Shown piece after piece: positions 1 through 13,724 of a stretch of 64,000 nt of DNA. The stretch lies in assembly GCF_006345805.1 (NCBI RefSeq), contig NC_043006.1:86614001-86678000 (forward strand), given 5' to 3'. How positions within the stretch are numbered: the stretch's first letter is position 1; every line of letters starts with the position of its first letter. The position numbers and the translations under genes were made by a program. Source of the DNA: Octopus sinensis. Lineage: Eukaryota. The notes under the pieces were generated by a model. That model was not told the DNA's origin. It saw only the letters and a list, made by a program, of their open reading frames with translations, and did no database searches.

Positions 1-150
1 CATTACACTGTGGCCATACTGGGGCACCACTTTGAAGAATTTTAGTCAAACAAATCAAACTGAGTACTTATAATTTCAGCCTGGTATTATTCTAGCAGTC
101 ACTTTTGCTGAATCACTAAGATATGGGGATGTAAACACACCAACACTGGT
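1..150 (-). mobile_element. Degenerate SINE family A fragment
   Basis: Diverged match to 8935-9060 (TGTGGCCATACTGGGGCACCAC...CTAAG...GTAAACACACC). Confidence 0.65.
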
Positions 151-530
151 TATATATTTATGTCTTTATATATGTGGAGAGTGTGCATGTATGTATTGTA
201 TATATATGTGTGTGTGTGTATATATATATATATTTACATTGTTGTTCGTTTCTACAAAACCCGCAACCTACAAACAGTAATGTTGCTATTACTCCTGTCA
301 ATAAATCATTCACCTCCTTAATGCCTCTGAAGCTATGTGGAATAAGACATCTTTTACTTGAAAAAGAGATAGAGGTTAGTGACAAGAAGGTCATCTGGCT
401 TTAAAACAAAGCATCAATAATATATTTGTCTAACTCATATTAACATTGAAAAATAGATGTAAAACGTACAAGCATACATATACATATATGTAACTCTGTG
501 TGTATGTGTGTATGTGTATTTATATATATA

Positions 531-939
531 CTGGCACTTATGCCTGTGCTAGTAGGGTGCCAAGAACACCATTCGAGTGTGATTGTTGCCAGAGCAGCCA
601 ACTGGCTTCCGTACCTATGGCACGTAAAAGGGCACCATTCGAGCGTGATCGTTATCAACATCGCTTCATTGGCACCTGTGCCGGTAGCACATGTAAAAAG
701 ATTCGAGCGAGGTCATTGCCAGTACCGCCTGACTGGCCCTGTGGAGGTGGCACGTAAAAAGCACCCATTACACTCTCAGAGTGGTTGGCATTAGGAAGGG
801 CATCCAGCTGTAGAAACTCTGCCAGATCAAGCCTGGAGCCTGGTGCAGCCATCTGGTTGCTAGCCCTCAGTCAAAATCGTCCAACCCATGCTAGCATGGA
901 AAGCGGACGTTAAATGATGATGATGATGATGATGATGAT
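531..939 (+). mobile_element. RTE 3' UTR/tail copy
   Basis: Degenerate array units, then GGCATTAGGAAGGGCATCCAGCTGTAGAAAC and the CCCATGCTAGCATGGAAAGCGGACGTTAAA(TGA)n tail. Confidence 0.85.
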
Positions 940-940
940 A

Positions 941-1050
941 TACAGAGGTTGGACAAAATAATGGAAACACCTAGCATCATAACTTTGAAATGTCTAGAAA
1001 ACCATCAAAAGTTTGCTAATTTTTATGTTTTTTTATTTATTATTAGTGTT
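941..1050 (+). mobile_element. Tc1/mariner terminal fragment
   Basis: Begins TA-CAGAGGTTGGACAAAATAATGGAAACACC, typical of Tc1 TIR starts; no partner TIR found. Confidence 0.55.
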
Positions 1051-1984
1051 GCTTAATCTGTTTTGCGATCATGGTTTCAATTCCTAGACCAGTGGTGCAT
1101 TGTGTTCTCAAGAAAGCACTTTACTTCCACTCGACTGTAAATGAGTAACTCTTTGACAAACTGACTTTCTGCTCAGGGGAACGTTGGACTACCTACTAAG
1201 GCTAAGGCAGGAGAGTGACATCATTCGAAAGCTACAATGTGCAGAAGTGCTTTGTGGTCAGTGGTGTATAACAACCTCTGATAGCCTGGATGATACAATG
1301 ATATAATTATGTACCACACACATACATGCAGATACACAAGTAAGTAAACAAACAAAAGTAGCACTCACTGTATTTGGCAGGAGTTACATGTACGGTAGGA
1401 GTTAAGTCAAATTGATATTTGATACACACACACATGTATACAGCAGTCAAACAACATTTACTTATATCACACTACACTAGAGGGGGCAACTGCCACATAC
1501 TAAGCTTTATAACACAAAACTGCATAAAAGAACACTAGTAAATAACACTGCAAAGAATTCTCCACTTAAATAAATGAATAATGATGGCAGTGTTAGTTAT
1601 GACACACCACAATAAACACGTAAACAGCACACATACTACAAACAAAATAGACATATGACTAATTGATTAATCTAGTAATCAGTCTTTAAATTCTGGCCTA
1701 ATCATATAAATATCTTAACAAACTTTAGTGGTAAGGGTTATATAAATCACATTTGCCTATCACAAAGGAGTCAGTTATAGATAGCAATGACACCTTACAT
1801 CCTGATAATATTGTGAAAGTCTAGAAATGCTGATGATTATGATGAATTTAAGAACTTCACTGTTCAAACAAACTTTAAAGGACACAAATGAAAAACATGT
1901 TAAAATCTAGATAAGGGAACTAGAACCAGGAGCAGTCATATTCTTCATTATGTCAACATCAAAAACTGTTCCCTATATAAATGC

Positions 1985-2221
1985 ATACATGCATGCATGT
2001 ATGTATGTATGTATGTATGTATGTATGTATGTATGTATGTATGTATGTATGTATGTATATGTATGTATGTATGTATGCATGCATGCATGTATGTATGTAT
2101 GTATGTATGTATGTATGTATGTATGTATGTATGTATGTATGTATGTATGTATGTATGTATGTATGTATGTATGTATGCATGCATGCATGTATGTATGTAT
2201 GTATGTATGTATGTATGTATG
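1985..2221. repeat. (TATG)n microsatellite
   Basis: Direct reading of the sequence. Confidence 0.98.
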
Positions 2222-2775
2222 TCAGGTCACTTTCGAGTGCTACTGGTAACATGTAATCCAGTATAACTTGTTGCATGGTCGAGTTGCTGGCAACTAAACC
2301 AGCAACCCCACCAAGCTTGCTTGGTGAGGAGGGTGTTTATTGGACATCCTGCAGGATGAAAAACAAAACCTGTCAAAGGGCAAAGGAACTCTTGAGAGTC
2401 AACAGCCATCCAATAAATGTCTTTAGGCTGTATCATGCGCGGGGACATAGAAATAATCGGACTGAATACCCAATCGTGCGGTTAAACCATTAGGAGTGAA
2501 GGACTCCTAGCCTTTGTTAGGGCATCCTTCTAGGAGAAGGTAACTCAGGTAACTGGGATAACTCCGATATAAAACCTGCGGCTCAGTAGTTACCGATGAT
2601 GTTGACTTGTTCTTCTTTTCGGACTATGGATGCTGTTGCTTAGTGAGTGGGATTGACTCAGTGCACAGCCTTTCCTCACTTTAAAAAAAATCTTCTTGCA
2701 CAGGCATTGCACAATAACAACATAGATTAAGCTTCGTGCAATGGCCATACTCGATAACGAGGGGGTAGCCACCAT
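2222..2775 (+). mobile_element. Probable RTE 5'-region-derived element embedded in (TATG)n
   Basis: CpG-containing block with CCTTCTAGGAGAAGGTAACTC...GATATAAAACC, resembling RTE 5' UTR motifs as I recall them; flanked by TATG repeats. Confidence 0.4.
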
Positions 2776-3136
2776 GTATTTATGTATGTATGTTTCTTTG
2801 AGTTTTATTTGTTCTTCTTAAGAGAGTTCAAGCTGGTCACTGATAAATTAACAAGACTTATTGAGTTAAGAGGGTTCCCAGAGTTTGTAAACATGTGGCT
2901 GAGTTGGTGTTTTCATTGAACTGCTGATGCACATGTTGAAGTGTGTGCATCTATTCATCTAAGGGATCTCAGATGGAGAATCATTGGAATATCTTTCAAA
3001 TCTTCCCTATGCATGACTGGATTTGGAGAGTGCATGTCAGTTTCTTTTGCTATCTCTCTCTCTCAAAAAATACTGGAATTTCTAGAGTTTTGTGTAAATT
3101 TGTAGGTATATAGCCTAATGCACTTATGATGATAGG

Positions 3137-3436
3137 TTTGTTCCTTCTTGAACCATGCCTGGCTTATTAGGGCTGGTTTCCCTGTTTCCTTGGCGTATAG
3201 GTTCCCTACCTGGACAGGATGCCAGTCCATCGCAGGTGAGCTGCAAGATGCAGGAGGAAAGAGTGAGAGAAAGCTGTGGCGAAAGAGTCAGCAGAAGTTT
3301 CGCCATTACCTTCTGCCAGAGCTGCATGGAGCTTAGGTGTTTCACTCTTAAACACACACATCACCCGCTCTGAGATTCAAACCCGTGATCCCTTGACTGC
3401 GAGTCCGCTGCTCTAACCATTAGGCCATGTATCTTC
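3137..3436 (-). mobile_element. tRNA-head SINE family B
   Basis: Reverse-complement match to 12014-12318. Confidence 0.88.
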
Positions 3437-3704
3437 ACATGATGACAGGAACAAATGAAAATTTATAGTCAGGGTACAAGAGCTGTATGTTCCACATTAA
3501 ATCACCATAAATGTTCTCTTTTTCCCATACTTTAGTGGCACATTCACTTCTACCAGGCAGCTATCCTCAACAACAGTGCATGACTTTTGTCCCATAGAAC
3601 CATATCAAGTCTGTTTGTGCTGAATTGTTGTTTTTATTGGAGTGCTCCACTAGTATTCCTTGTTTTTAAAGATGTGAATACATGCTGGTTCTGACAAGCC
3701 ACTG

Positions 3705-3748
<44 letters not shown>

Positions 3749-4874
3749 GCAATCCTTTGTGTGGATAGCATTGTAAATAGTCTTTACAAGTATATCATCC
3801 CTCATGGGTAAGCAGTATCACGTAGACATTTTGAGAACAGCTGTAGATGTTGTGGATGATATCTTCCACACTGGTATACAGAGCCAACATTTTCTATCAT
3901 AATGTGGAGGTTTTATGGTATCTCTGTCTCTCTAGTTTATCAGGTATTTTGTAGCTATCTCCTGTTCCTGGATAGCAAAAGCACATCCTTGTTGGTGGAA
4001 TGTAATGCATCTATCACAGATCCAAGAGAGAGTACTTTTCCTGTCAATGATGTTGTTATCCTCTACCTTACAGGATATGCACCCATACATTGCTTTCTGC
4101 TTGGATGATGCTGTCTGCTTCTCCTCCGAGCTTATGTTAGGTAGGCCAGTCCAGCCTTCTTTGGATTGCATAAGTCAGTAGTATTTTCAGAGTAGCTGCT
4201 CAGTAGTTCTTCCCTAACTCTGAAGATGTTATTACTCTCACTTTTGAATATGCATGTAATGGACTCATTTCTTTCTTTACCAATAAGCAGATGTTGTCCA
4301 AGTGATACACTGTGACATTCAAAGGCTATTTGGACTGACATTATGCCTCTACCACCATCTCTTCATCTCACATAAACACTATCAGTGTCACCGTTAATGT
4401 GGAGGTTGCCAGTGGGGGTCAGTACCTTTCTAGTTTTGATGTTTGGATGCAGATTTCATCAAATGTTCACTCCAGTAACTCAAATGTTGGTACTAGAACT
4501 GACACTGCAAAAGCATTGTGAGATATGGTTTTGTTAAATGCAGACAACTCCTTATTTCCTGGAGTTGATAGGTGTGTGCGTGTCTGTGTGTGCATGTGTG
4601 TATGTGTGTGCATTTGTGTGTTCTCTCTTTTATTTTTAATTATTTGGAGTCTTCCTGCAAGAAAGGAGCTGATTTCTGACAAAGATGCAATGCTTCATCA
4701 TGGGAATGTAGATAACAAAAGCAATTTCACACTTTGAACTAGAGAAACGCTTATGTTTGTATGCATGGGTTGGTCATGATAAGAACTGGGCCATTACCTC
4801 TGCTGGTAACAAGTAGGCTATTTTTTTTTTGCAGTAGAACAGAATTTCTGTGTTGCTTGTGTAGAAACTGCAAA

Positions 4875-4988
4875 ACTGCATAGCAATGAGACATGGGCAC
4901 TGAATATGGAGGATGTGTGCAGGCTGGAGTGAAATAAAGCTAGCATACTCTACTGGATGTACAGGCTAGTGTGCATGAATGAGATGGA
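4875..4988 (+). mobile_element. Decayed RTE RT C-terminal fragment
   Basis: LHSNETWALNMEDVCRLE*NKASIL resembles HSSETWAVTAEDMRRLERNEASM at 29745-29815. Confidence 0.7.
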
Positions 4989-7130
4989 TTAGATGTATGG
5001 AGGGATAAGCTGTGTATAAGAACAATTAATTGTAATGTGACAGAATGAAGCCTGCATTGGTGCAGACATATAATGAATATGGAGGATTATAGATAAGGAA
5101 AGAAGTGCCAGGAGATCCAAGTGAAAGGAAACTGGAAGACCATGGAAAGCATACTTAGAAAAGATGAAAGCTAATTCCAGGATGCTGAATATCATAAAGA
5201 TGACAAAAGAATACAACAAAAGCAGGAATGCAGTGTTGTAAAAGACATATCCAACCCAAGCAAAAAGGAAAAGTGGATGTAATGATGATGATGATGATAT
5301 ATATACATACACACACACATGCACATACATACATAGATACATACATACAAACATACATAGATATATATATATATACATATGTCATCTTAACTATACAGCC
5401 ACATAAGTGATTTAGGAGCTTAGAGTTTCACAAAAATGCCTGTTGAAATACTTGCATGAAACTATGGGCCATTGAGTCACTTATGTAATTTTATAGCTAA
5501 GCATTAAAAGGAATATATATATACGCTTTTTTAAGTATTAGGTTCTATTTCTCCCATTCGAACCATCAAGCCTACACACACTCATTCACTCATACAAACG
5601 TATGTTTGTGGACATGTATTCTATGGATGTACATGTGTGTTGTTTCTCTATATGTGGGTGTGTGGTTTGAATATTTATTTGTAAATTTCTTTAAAAATTT
5701 CTCAGGCTTTTTTTAAACCAACTTCTTTCCTTTTTCTTCTGTTTGTAGTTTTTATTTTTCATAATTTCTATTTGGTTCACTTATCAGCTCAACTTGCTTA
5801 GTTCCTTTCCAACAATGGTTAAGTTGGATTTAGTTAATCTCACATCAATAATAGGATATTATTGTTGTTGTTGTTGTTACTAACAACAACAACAACAATG
5901 AACAAATAAAAGGCTGCTTACAAGTGAAAGCAATGCATTCACTACTGAATTTTAATCTTGTGAAGATTATAAGAAAAATATGAGAATGTTTGAGAATGTG
6001 GTTGTGTTAACAATGCATGAGTAACACACATGCACATACACATATAGACATACACTTTCATATAGTTGTGCATAAATGAACAATTACTTATATGCATGTA
6101 AACTATATAGTATGTAGATGTGAATACTCATACATATACCAACATACACATACATTTACCCACAACCTTGTATGTATATATATGTGTGAGTTTGTTTTAA
6201 AATATTCATCATACTTATACACATGCAAATATATGTGCATATATATCAATATACGTATATTTTTATGTGTATGTATTTGTAACTTCATATATTTGTTTGT
6301 GTATGCACATATGTTTAGATCCTGTATTTTTTTTTTCTGTTTGTTTTTTGGAAATCTTCTCCTTGATATTTGTCAAAATCTGATAAAGGGAACAGAAACA
6401 TCCTTTATAATATAAAATGCAAATCTATAAGAAACGTGTTATGGTAAATGTTTGTCGCTTGTGAATGCAAATATTAAAGCAACAATCTATCATTTTAACT
6501 TTTACAAGTAAACACCAAACTGAACAATTTGTCTACCTTAGCTTTGTGATAACAACACAGAATGGTGAGATGCAAGGATAGTATCAGATGAAGCCAGTAA
6601 CAAACATAACATATGCTATGGTTTTCGCATTTTCAGTGGCCCCAGTGCTATATACCATCTTCAATTTTTGTGGGTGTTTAAGGCTCATTCAATACTCATA
6701 TTTCAGAGATCCAATGAACATTAAATTAAATAAATTATAATAATAAAATTAAATGACAATGCCAAATAGACAGATTACTGCATTGTTTATATTTTGCTTT
6801 TCATTTTCCGATGCTAAATTAACAGACTTAACATTCTATTTTTCTATTTTTGATGCATTGAGCTCATCATAATTAATTTTGAACATCATTTTGCTCGTAA
6901 ATTATAATCAATAAAATAAATCAGATTTTTATTGATATGTTATAGACAATGTAGCTATACCCATTAAATCAAATTAGAATTTTTACACAGGTAAGAAAGA
7001 TTTTATTGTAAACAGTTTCAACCTGATGTTGTAAATGAAACTATAGCACATGTAACTTGTTCGAATGAATATAGTTTCATTTACAACATTAGACCACAAA
7101 ACAAATCTATATTATGTTAGGGTTGTGTAT

Positions 7131-7568
7131 CTGCCGACGTCTGGCAGCTGACTTGGCAGACACCCATAAAATTATTAACCATCTTACAAACAATAACTCT
7201 GAGCACCTTTTCAAACTCCACCTGTCTAACACCCATGGACATGTTTACAAAGTCAGAAAACAGCACAGCTCCCATGACTTTCGGAAACATTTTTTCACGC
7301 TAAGAGTTGCTGAAGCATGGAACAGACTGCTGGCATCAGTTGTTAGTTGTCGGAGCACTGCATCCTTCAAAACTTCCATGCTTCCTGAGATTCGCCAACA
7401 CTACACCTGATTTTCTCCCCTCCAGACACACGCAAGCATGTATCTGACTCATACACTGTTTGCTTTCCAGACATTTGTACATTACTGCATATGCTTTATA
7501 CGCACTTTCTGACAAGTTGTGGTGCACCTGAGACCTGTATACAATAATTTCATTATTATTATTATTAT
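7131..7568 (+). mobile_element. CR1-type LINE 3' end with (ATT)n tail
   Basis: RRLAADL...HKII...RKHFFTLRVAEAWNRL...SFK resembles the CR1 ORF2 C-terminus. Confidence 0.8.
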
Positions 7569-8607
7569 ATTTAGATATTTTAAATTGCTTAAATGACAAT
7601 ATTATATCTTTGTAAATTTCCAGAATTTTTAGGCAATTAAACTTTGTATTTTCGATTTGAACTAGAATTAAATGAGTATCTCCTGTGGAATGGTCTACTA
7701 ATTTGACGTCTTCTAGAATGGGTCTTCTATATGTCTTAAGCATGCCAGTTAGCAGTTTATCAAATTTATTGTAAAATAATTCATAGTGGAGTCTTTGTAT
7801 TCATTTATCTCTCAGCCTTGTGCTAGCTGATTTCCATTCACTGGTTCTTCAAACATGCTGCTGGATTGGTAGAAATAATTATAAGTGAACTAACTAGTAA
7901 AATACACACCTAGAAACACCAGAAGTGACAAGTTTGTGTGCTCCAACATATACCAGCTAATCTTGATACATGGGTTCTTCTGCACTCAAAAATCAGGTGC
8001 TTAAAGTTCAAGAAAATGGCAAGGTTACTATTTAGGATCCATACACTAACTTACCCTGGCCTTGATCAGTGTGCAGTGGATGTACAAACATCTGATTTTG
8101 CATGACTCATGAAATTGTACTGAAATCATACAAGATTTCTCTCTGAGATATTAACCTATTTTCTAGAAGTTCTGTAAAGTTAACCATAAATTAATGTATC
8201 AATCAATGAATGTTAATGTATGAATCGATGAATGGTGTAATAAAATCTTATCTTATCCAGAATTTGGCACAACTGTAATGGATAACATGCAGCCAAAACT
8301 AATCTCGTGATAACAAAAGTAAATTTGCTCATGCATCCATAAACACACTAATACAGAGACTATATGTGTTGCCTGACATAACCAGCTACCCTGTATATTC
8401 TAAAAAGAAGGTATGTGTACAAAATATGCCCATAATAAGCAGACTTCAGTTTACTATTACTAAAGGACCCATGAAAGGAATTATCCAAAGGGCTATTTGC
8501 TACTAAAAAATCATACTCATTCTCCTTCACAAATGTATTGAGTTCTCTCTTGATCTATGGTCCTCTCAGCTCCATACTGAGTATATTCCATATAAAATTA
8601 TATGTGT

Positions 8608-8688
8608 GAGACATGCACACACATATATATATATGTATAGATATGCATTCGTACATACATGTACACACATACACACATACACGCATAT

Positions 8689-8719
<31 letters not shown>

Positions 8720-8792
8720 GCGTGTATGTGTGTATGTGTGTACATGTATGTACGAATGCATATCTATACATATATATATATGTGTGTGCATG

Positions 8793-8796
<4 letters not shown>
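8608..8796. repeat. Palindrome with identical 77-bp arms centred on a 35-nt (TA)n tract
   Basis: 8608-8684 is the exact reverse complement of 8720-8796; the same peptide appears on both strands in the ORF track. Confidence 0.95.
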
Positions 8797-8842
<46 letters not shown>

Positions 8843-8908
8843 GTTATATATACATGTATGTATGTATGCATACTTGTTTGCTTATGTATCTACGTGTGTT
8901 CATATCTC

Positions 8909-9297
8909 CTTTACTCTTTTACTTGTTTCAGTCATTTGACTGCGGCCATGCTGGAGCACCACCTTTAATCGAGCAACTCGACCCCGGGACTTATTCTTTT
9001 GTAAGCCCAGTAGTTATTCTATTGGTCTCTTTTGCCGAACCGCTAAGTAACGGGGACATTGTCAAGCAATGCTAGGGGGACAAACACAGACACACAAGCA
9101 CACACACGCGTATATATATATATATACATATATACGACAGGCTTCTTTCAGTTTCCGTCTACCAAATCCACTCACAAGGCTTTGGTCGGCCCGAGGCTAT
9201 AGTAGAAGACACTTGCCCAAGGTGCCACGCAGTGGGGCTGAACCCGGAACCATGTGGTTGGTAAACAAGCTACTTACCACACAGCCACTCCTGCGCC
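8909..9297 (-). mobile_element. tRNA-head SINE family A
   Basis: A-box TGGCTGTGTGG, B-box GGTTCAGCCCC, internal microsatellite, tail GAAACAAGTAAAAGAGTAAAG. Confidence 0.88.
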
Positions 9298-11209
9298 TAT
9301 ATCTGTATATGATAATAATCATATAAATGCTAGTTGGTTGATTTTGCTAGTCACCCATTATATCATATTGAGAAATGGGGAGAGAATAAAAGAGAGATGC
9401 AGAGAAAGTTAAAATAAAGAGTGCAGGATGAGTGCACATGCAAGGTTTGGTGGCAGCCAATGTATTAAAGAAGATTACACAAATACTCATACAGTGAGAA
9501 AGAAAGAATCCTTGAGACAGAGGATGAGGATGATGAGGAAGAGACAGAGTAAATTATGAGAGAAGTTATATAAATAATAAATTTGTTTTATTTAATTGTC
9601 AGGTGATAAATATTTTTCTTTTGAAAATTAGCATCATGTTATCATTTCATATGAGCCAAAAAATAATTTGATAAAAGTTGAATTATTATTATTGTATTTG
9701 TGTCATATTTCCTGATATTACCTATGGTATCAACAAGTATACTGCCAAAGTTACCTATCATATAATGGGTATATATCAAGAGTTCAGTGAAGTCACCAGG
9801 AGGAGTGGAAAATCCAATGTTTCGGACAGTGCTCTTCTTTAAAGAAAAGTTAAAAGGAGAGAAATAAATGAGAGAAAGCAGAGTTTTGCTTCCTTTAAGT
9901 CAAAAAAGAAATTGCCTGCTACTGATTAAGAATGCAGGACTGTGTGAACTTCATACCTGAACATGAAGTGCTAGGAGAAACAATGTGAGAAGGAAGAAAG
10001 AAAAAGTTATACATATAGGCACAGGAGTGGCTGTGTCATAGGTGCAGGAGTGGCTGTATGATAAGTAGCTTGCTGTTGGTGAAGTGCAGCATGGGTGGAA
10101 AAATATGCATCCAATTGAGTAAACCAAAGTGTGATGTCACCAGAGTACATGGGCAAGCTGGGAAGACTCATTGTTTACAGAGGAAAGAAAGGAAAAAGGA
10201 AAAAAGTATGGGAATGTACAAAACTTTCACAGAGAAAAGGACCAAAGAACTGACAAAAGTGTTGTTGGAATATTAAATGTGTGTGCATTAAAAAATTTCC
10301 CTAATAAAATTTGTAAAAGAAATTTTTTTTTAGTTGCCAAACTTGTGTTACAGTCCACTGAAAAAAATATTTGTTCTGTTTTTTTTTTTCTTTCAAGATG
10401 GCATCAGAAATTGGCAAATTGGTGGTTTTCCGTCTCTGACAACAATTGAGGCATTGGAACATGGTGGTCAATGGGAACGATGGCTGCAGGCTTCAACAGG
10501 AAAAATGGCAAAAATGAAACGTCAGGAAACAATCTCGTCATTACAAGTTTACTGGCTCGTTCCTAGCAGTTTTCATTATTTCTCAACATGGCGTTTGTTT
10601 ACTTCGTCTACGGAGCATGGTACCTCAGGTGAAAACGAGCAGGAGAAGAATTTGCGGTTCTTCTCTTCTGTTCATCCGTGTGTATAAGTTTGTACCACTT
10701 TTCTGTTTCGAGGAAGAGTGAACACACAAACATAGAAAAACACAAGGCACAGCACAGAGAAGCTAGTGGGAATATCTACAACATTCAACAACTGGAAGAT
10801 AAGGTGCGAAGTCGTCCACGTGTGAAGCTCATTCTTTTAGGAATTGTAACAATGGCAAAACTTTGGTATTCAAACTCAGGATGCGAAGTAGATGGCCAGC
10901 TTGCTTGAACTATGTCCTCTCGTTGCTGCATTTAGAAACTAAGTTCTTCATTCGGGTGAGCCATTTTAACAATAGAAGCTTTCAGCTGCTGAAAATCCTT
11001 TTAGATTGGGGTCACCATTTTATAATGGAAGGAAGGTTTTTATGATACTTTTGGGGTATCTTCTTCCATTATAATTATCCTGTTGATTCAAGGAGCTGGA
11101 AATACAAAGAATGAAGTTCTCAGACAGAGTAAATTCAATAACCGTTTGTTCACAGGTGCTTCATACAAGAGGTCTTCTATTAGTAACCATCTTCACAGCA
11201 GTGCGTAGT

Positions 11210-11394
11210 TAGCCTTCTCTCCCATACCATGAGGTTCAATAACTTCTGGAGACAATGCAGGTGGTATCACAGAGGGACAAAAGTCTGGGCAACGTTGTTT
11301 ATGAAAGACTAGCAGTCGCCCATGCATACCAGCCTCCCATCTCCATACCACTGATGTTATCCAAGGGAAAGGCAACCACTGAGCCATGTGCCTT
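11210..11394 (-). mobile_element. SINE family C copy with internal deletion
   Basis: The first ~22 nt of the head join directly to the GCCTTTCCCTTGGATAACA body. Confidence 0.7.
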
Positions 11395-11713
11395 CTGGTA
11401 CCAACCAGAAAATTATGACAATCCAAGAGTTCATCATGCAAGTACCTATTGACATAGGTACTGATGCTGAGATAGTTATCAATAATTATTTCTGTAACAG
11501 ATATTGTCAAACCCCTGGGAGGTTCTCCCAAGGAAAGAAACTATTACTATTTAAGTACATTCTTCTAAACAGATGTGCTGAAATTTTATCTTAATTAGTA
11601 CCATGTTGATGTGTTTAATCTATTGAATGAAGTCATTTTCAGTCAGACTGGAGTTTTGTCTGGATACCTCCTCTGATGATAATAAGCAGGAATAGAAAAT
11701 ATTTGGGTATATG

Positions 11714-11925
11714 TCTCTTTTACTCTTTTACTTGCTTCAGTCATTTGACTGTGGCTATGCTGGAGCACCGCGTTTAGTCAAGCAAATCAACCCCAGGACT
11801 CATTCTTTGTAAGCCTAGTACTTATTCTATTGGTCTCTTTTGCCGAACCGCTGAGTTACAGGGACCTAAACACACCATCATCGGTTGTCAAGCGATGTTG
11901 GGGGGACAAACACAGACACGCAAAT
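11714..11925 (-). mobile_element. SINE family A, 3' half
   Basis: Matches the tail half of 8909-9090. Confidence 0.85.
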
Positions 11926-12013
11926 ATATACACACACATTAATGTAGCATGCTGGCAGAAATGTCAGCATGCTGGCCGAAAGGCTTTGCAGTATTTCGTC
12001 TCTCTATATGTGT

Positions 12014-12318
12014 GGAGGCACATGGCCTAGTGGTTAGAGCGGCGGACTCGCAGTTGAGGGATCACAGGTTCGAATCTCAGACCGGACGATGTGTGTGTTT
12101 ATGAGCGAAACACCTAAGTTCCACGCGGCTCCAACAGAAGGTAATGGGGAAACTTCTGCTGACTCTTTCACCACAACTTTCTCTCACTCTTTCCTCCTGC
12201 ATCTTGCAGCTCACCTGCGATGAACCGGCGTCCCATCCAGGTGGGGAACCTATACGCCAAGAAACTGGGAAACTGGCTCTTATGAGCCAGGCATGGCTCG
12301 AGAAGGAACAAACAACAA
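12014..12318 (+). mobile_element. tRNA-head SINE family B
   Basis: TGGCCTAGTGG A-box, GGTTCGAATCT B-box, body CTCACTCTTTCCTCCTGCATCTTGCAGC, (AAC) tail. Confidence 0.88.
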
Positions 12319-13626
12319 TACACACACATTTGTCTCTCATAATTATCTCCAGATATTATCTTGAGGAAATGCAAATTACTGTCATTACTTCCTGAGGAAA
12401 ACTACTAGAGGAGTTACTGAGGCTTGCTTTTGTGTCACGCTTAAAGTTATACACAGCTACTATGATGTCTTGTGTGCAGTAAGTTATGCTGTGTATAGCG
12501 TGTTAAAAGTTTTCTTCATTATTATTGCCAAAGTCAATGTAAGATGGTCTATTGAGCCAATTATATGTAGGATTGCATGAATGATCAGAAACACGACTAT
12601 ACATATGGGTACACATGTACGCACACACAAAATCAATATCTATCTATCTATCTATCTATTTATCTATCTATCTATTTACACATACACATCCATATACACA
12701 TTCCCACACATGCATGTGAGTGTGTGTGTGTGTGTGTATAAAAAGAAGGAATGTAAAACAAAAAAGTCAATATTCCATAATTTTTATTTTCAGAGATTTA
12801 TCAGTTTATGAAAGATATTAAAAATGTCATCATGATAGCCTTAGATATCATATAGAGTAGATAACATTGAGATAATATACTAATATCAATAAGATAATGT
12901 CTAAAAATAAATATTTTTAATTTCCTATCAAGTTGAAGATATAGAGAAAACTTTTATCTCTGATTGGAGGAATTTTATATCATGAAGAATATCAACACAC
13001 ATGCATGCACACACACACGTGCACACATATGCACACATGCACACACACACACACACATAAACACTCATCTATATGTGTGTGTGTGTGTGTATGTATATAC
13101 CTGAGTGCATATATATCATCATCATTTTAATGTTTAATGTTACATAGGGCAGGTGGAATTCATTGAGGTAGATTTTTTTTCTATGGCCTAATGTGCTTCC
13201 TATCACCACCATACCACATCTATTTCCAAGTAAGGTAGTATTTCTCCATGACCAGATGTATTTCCATGGAAGATTGAAAATGAACAACACCACTTGTTGT
13301 TGTGATGCTCATTTTCAACTATCATAGACAAGAAGACAGAAACACATATAGATATAGGCATCCTCACACACACACACACACATGCATATATATATATATA
13401 TATTTAGTCAATTTAGGGTAGCAAAAAATTCAATAGAAATTTATCGCTACCAGCGGCCTAGTGGAAAAGAGAAAATAGTCAAAGACTAAATATATAAATA
13501 TAACAATTTAGGAGTGACCCTTAACAGGCCATTCGTCCACCAGAAAGAGCAGCCATAACTCACACCGCCAAGTAGTAGTAATTCAGAAATTAGGTGAAAA
13601 TTTAAAAACATTTACCCTAATTCAAC

Positions 13627-13724
13627 TTTTAGACGATGCATCGTTTCTGTGTTATTAATGATTAAATTAGCTTAATTAAATTAAATTAAGCTAATCTACC
13701 ATAGGTCACACTTCATCAGTAAAA
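13627..13724 (-). ncRNA. Type I hammerhead ribozyme motif (mirror copy)
   Basis: Reverse complement of 13905-14002 in the left arm. Confidence 0.7.

Noticed and set aside
1948-2276. Overlapping ORFs of MYVC/HTYI repeats (and the many similar YI/HT/VC ORFs across the window)
   Set aside because: Translations of (TATG)n, (TA)n and (CA)n microsatellites; not genes.
3500-4400. Possible decayed LINE coding sequence
   Set aside because: No diagnostic motif recoverable in any frame by eye.
4989-5378. Hydrophobic 129-aa ORF resembling a membrane protein
   Set aside because: Starts in a microsatellite; hydrophobicity follows from the purine-rich opposite strand; no recognisable motif.
12014-12085. 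tRNA gene (also other SINE heads at 9225-9297, 26841-26910, 14227-14300)
   Set aside because: A/B boxes are present but there is no complete cloverleaf, and the heads continue into multi-copy SINE bodies.
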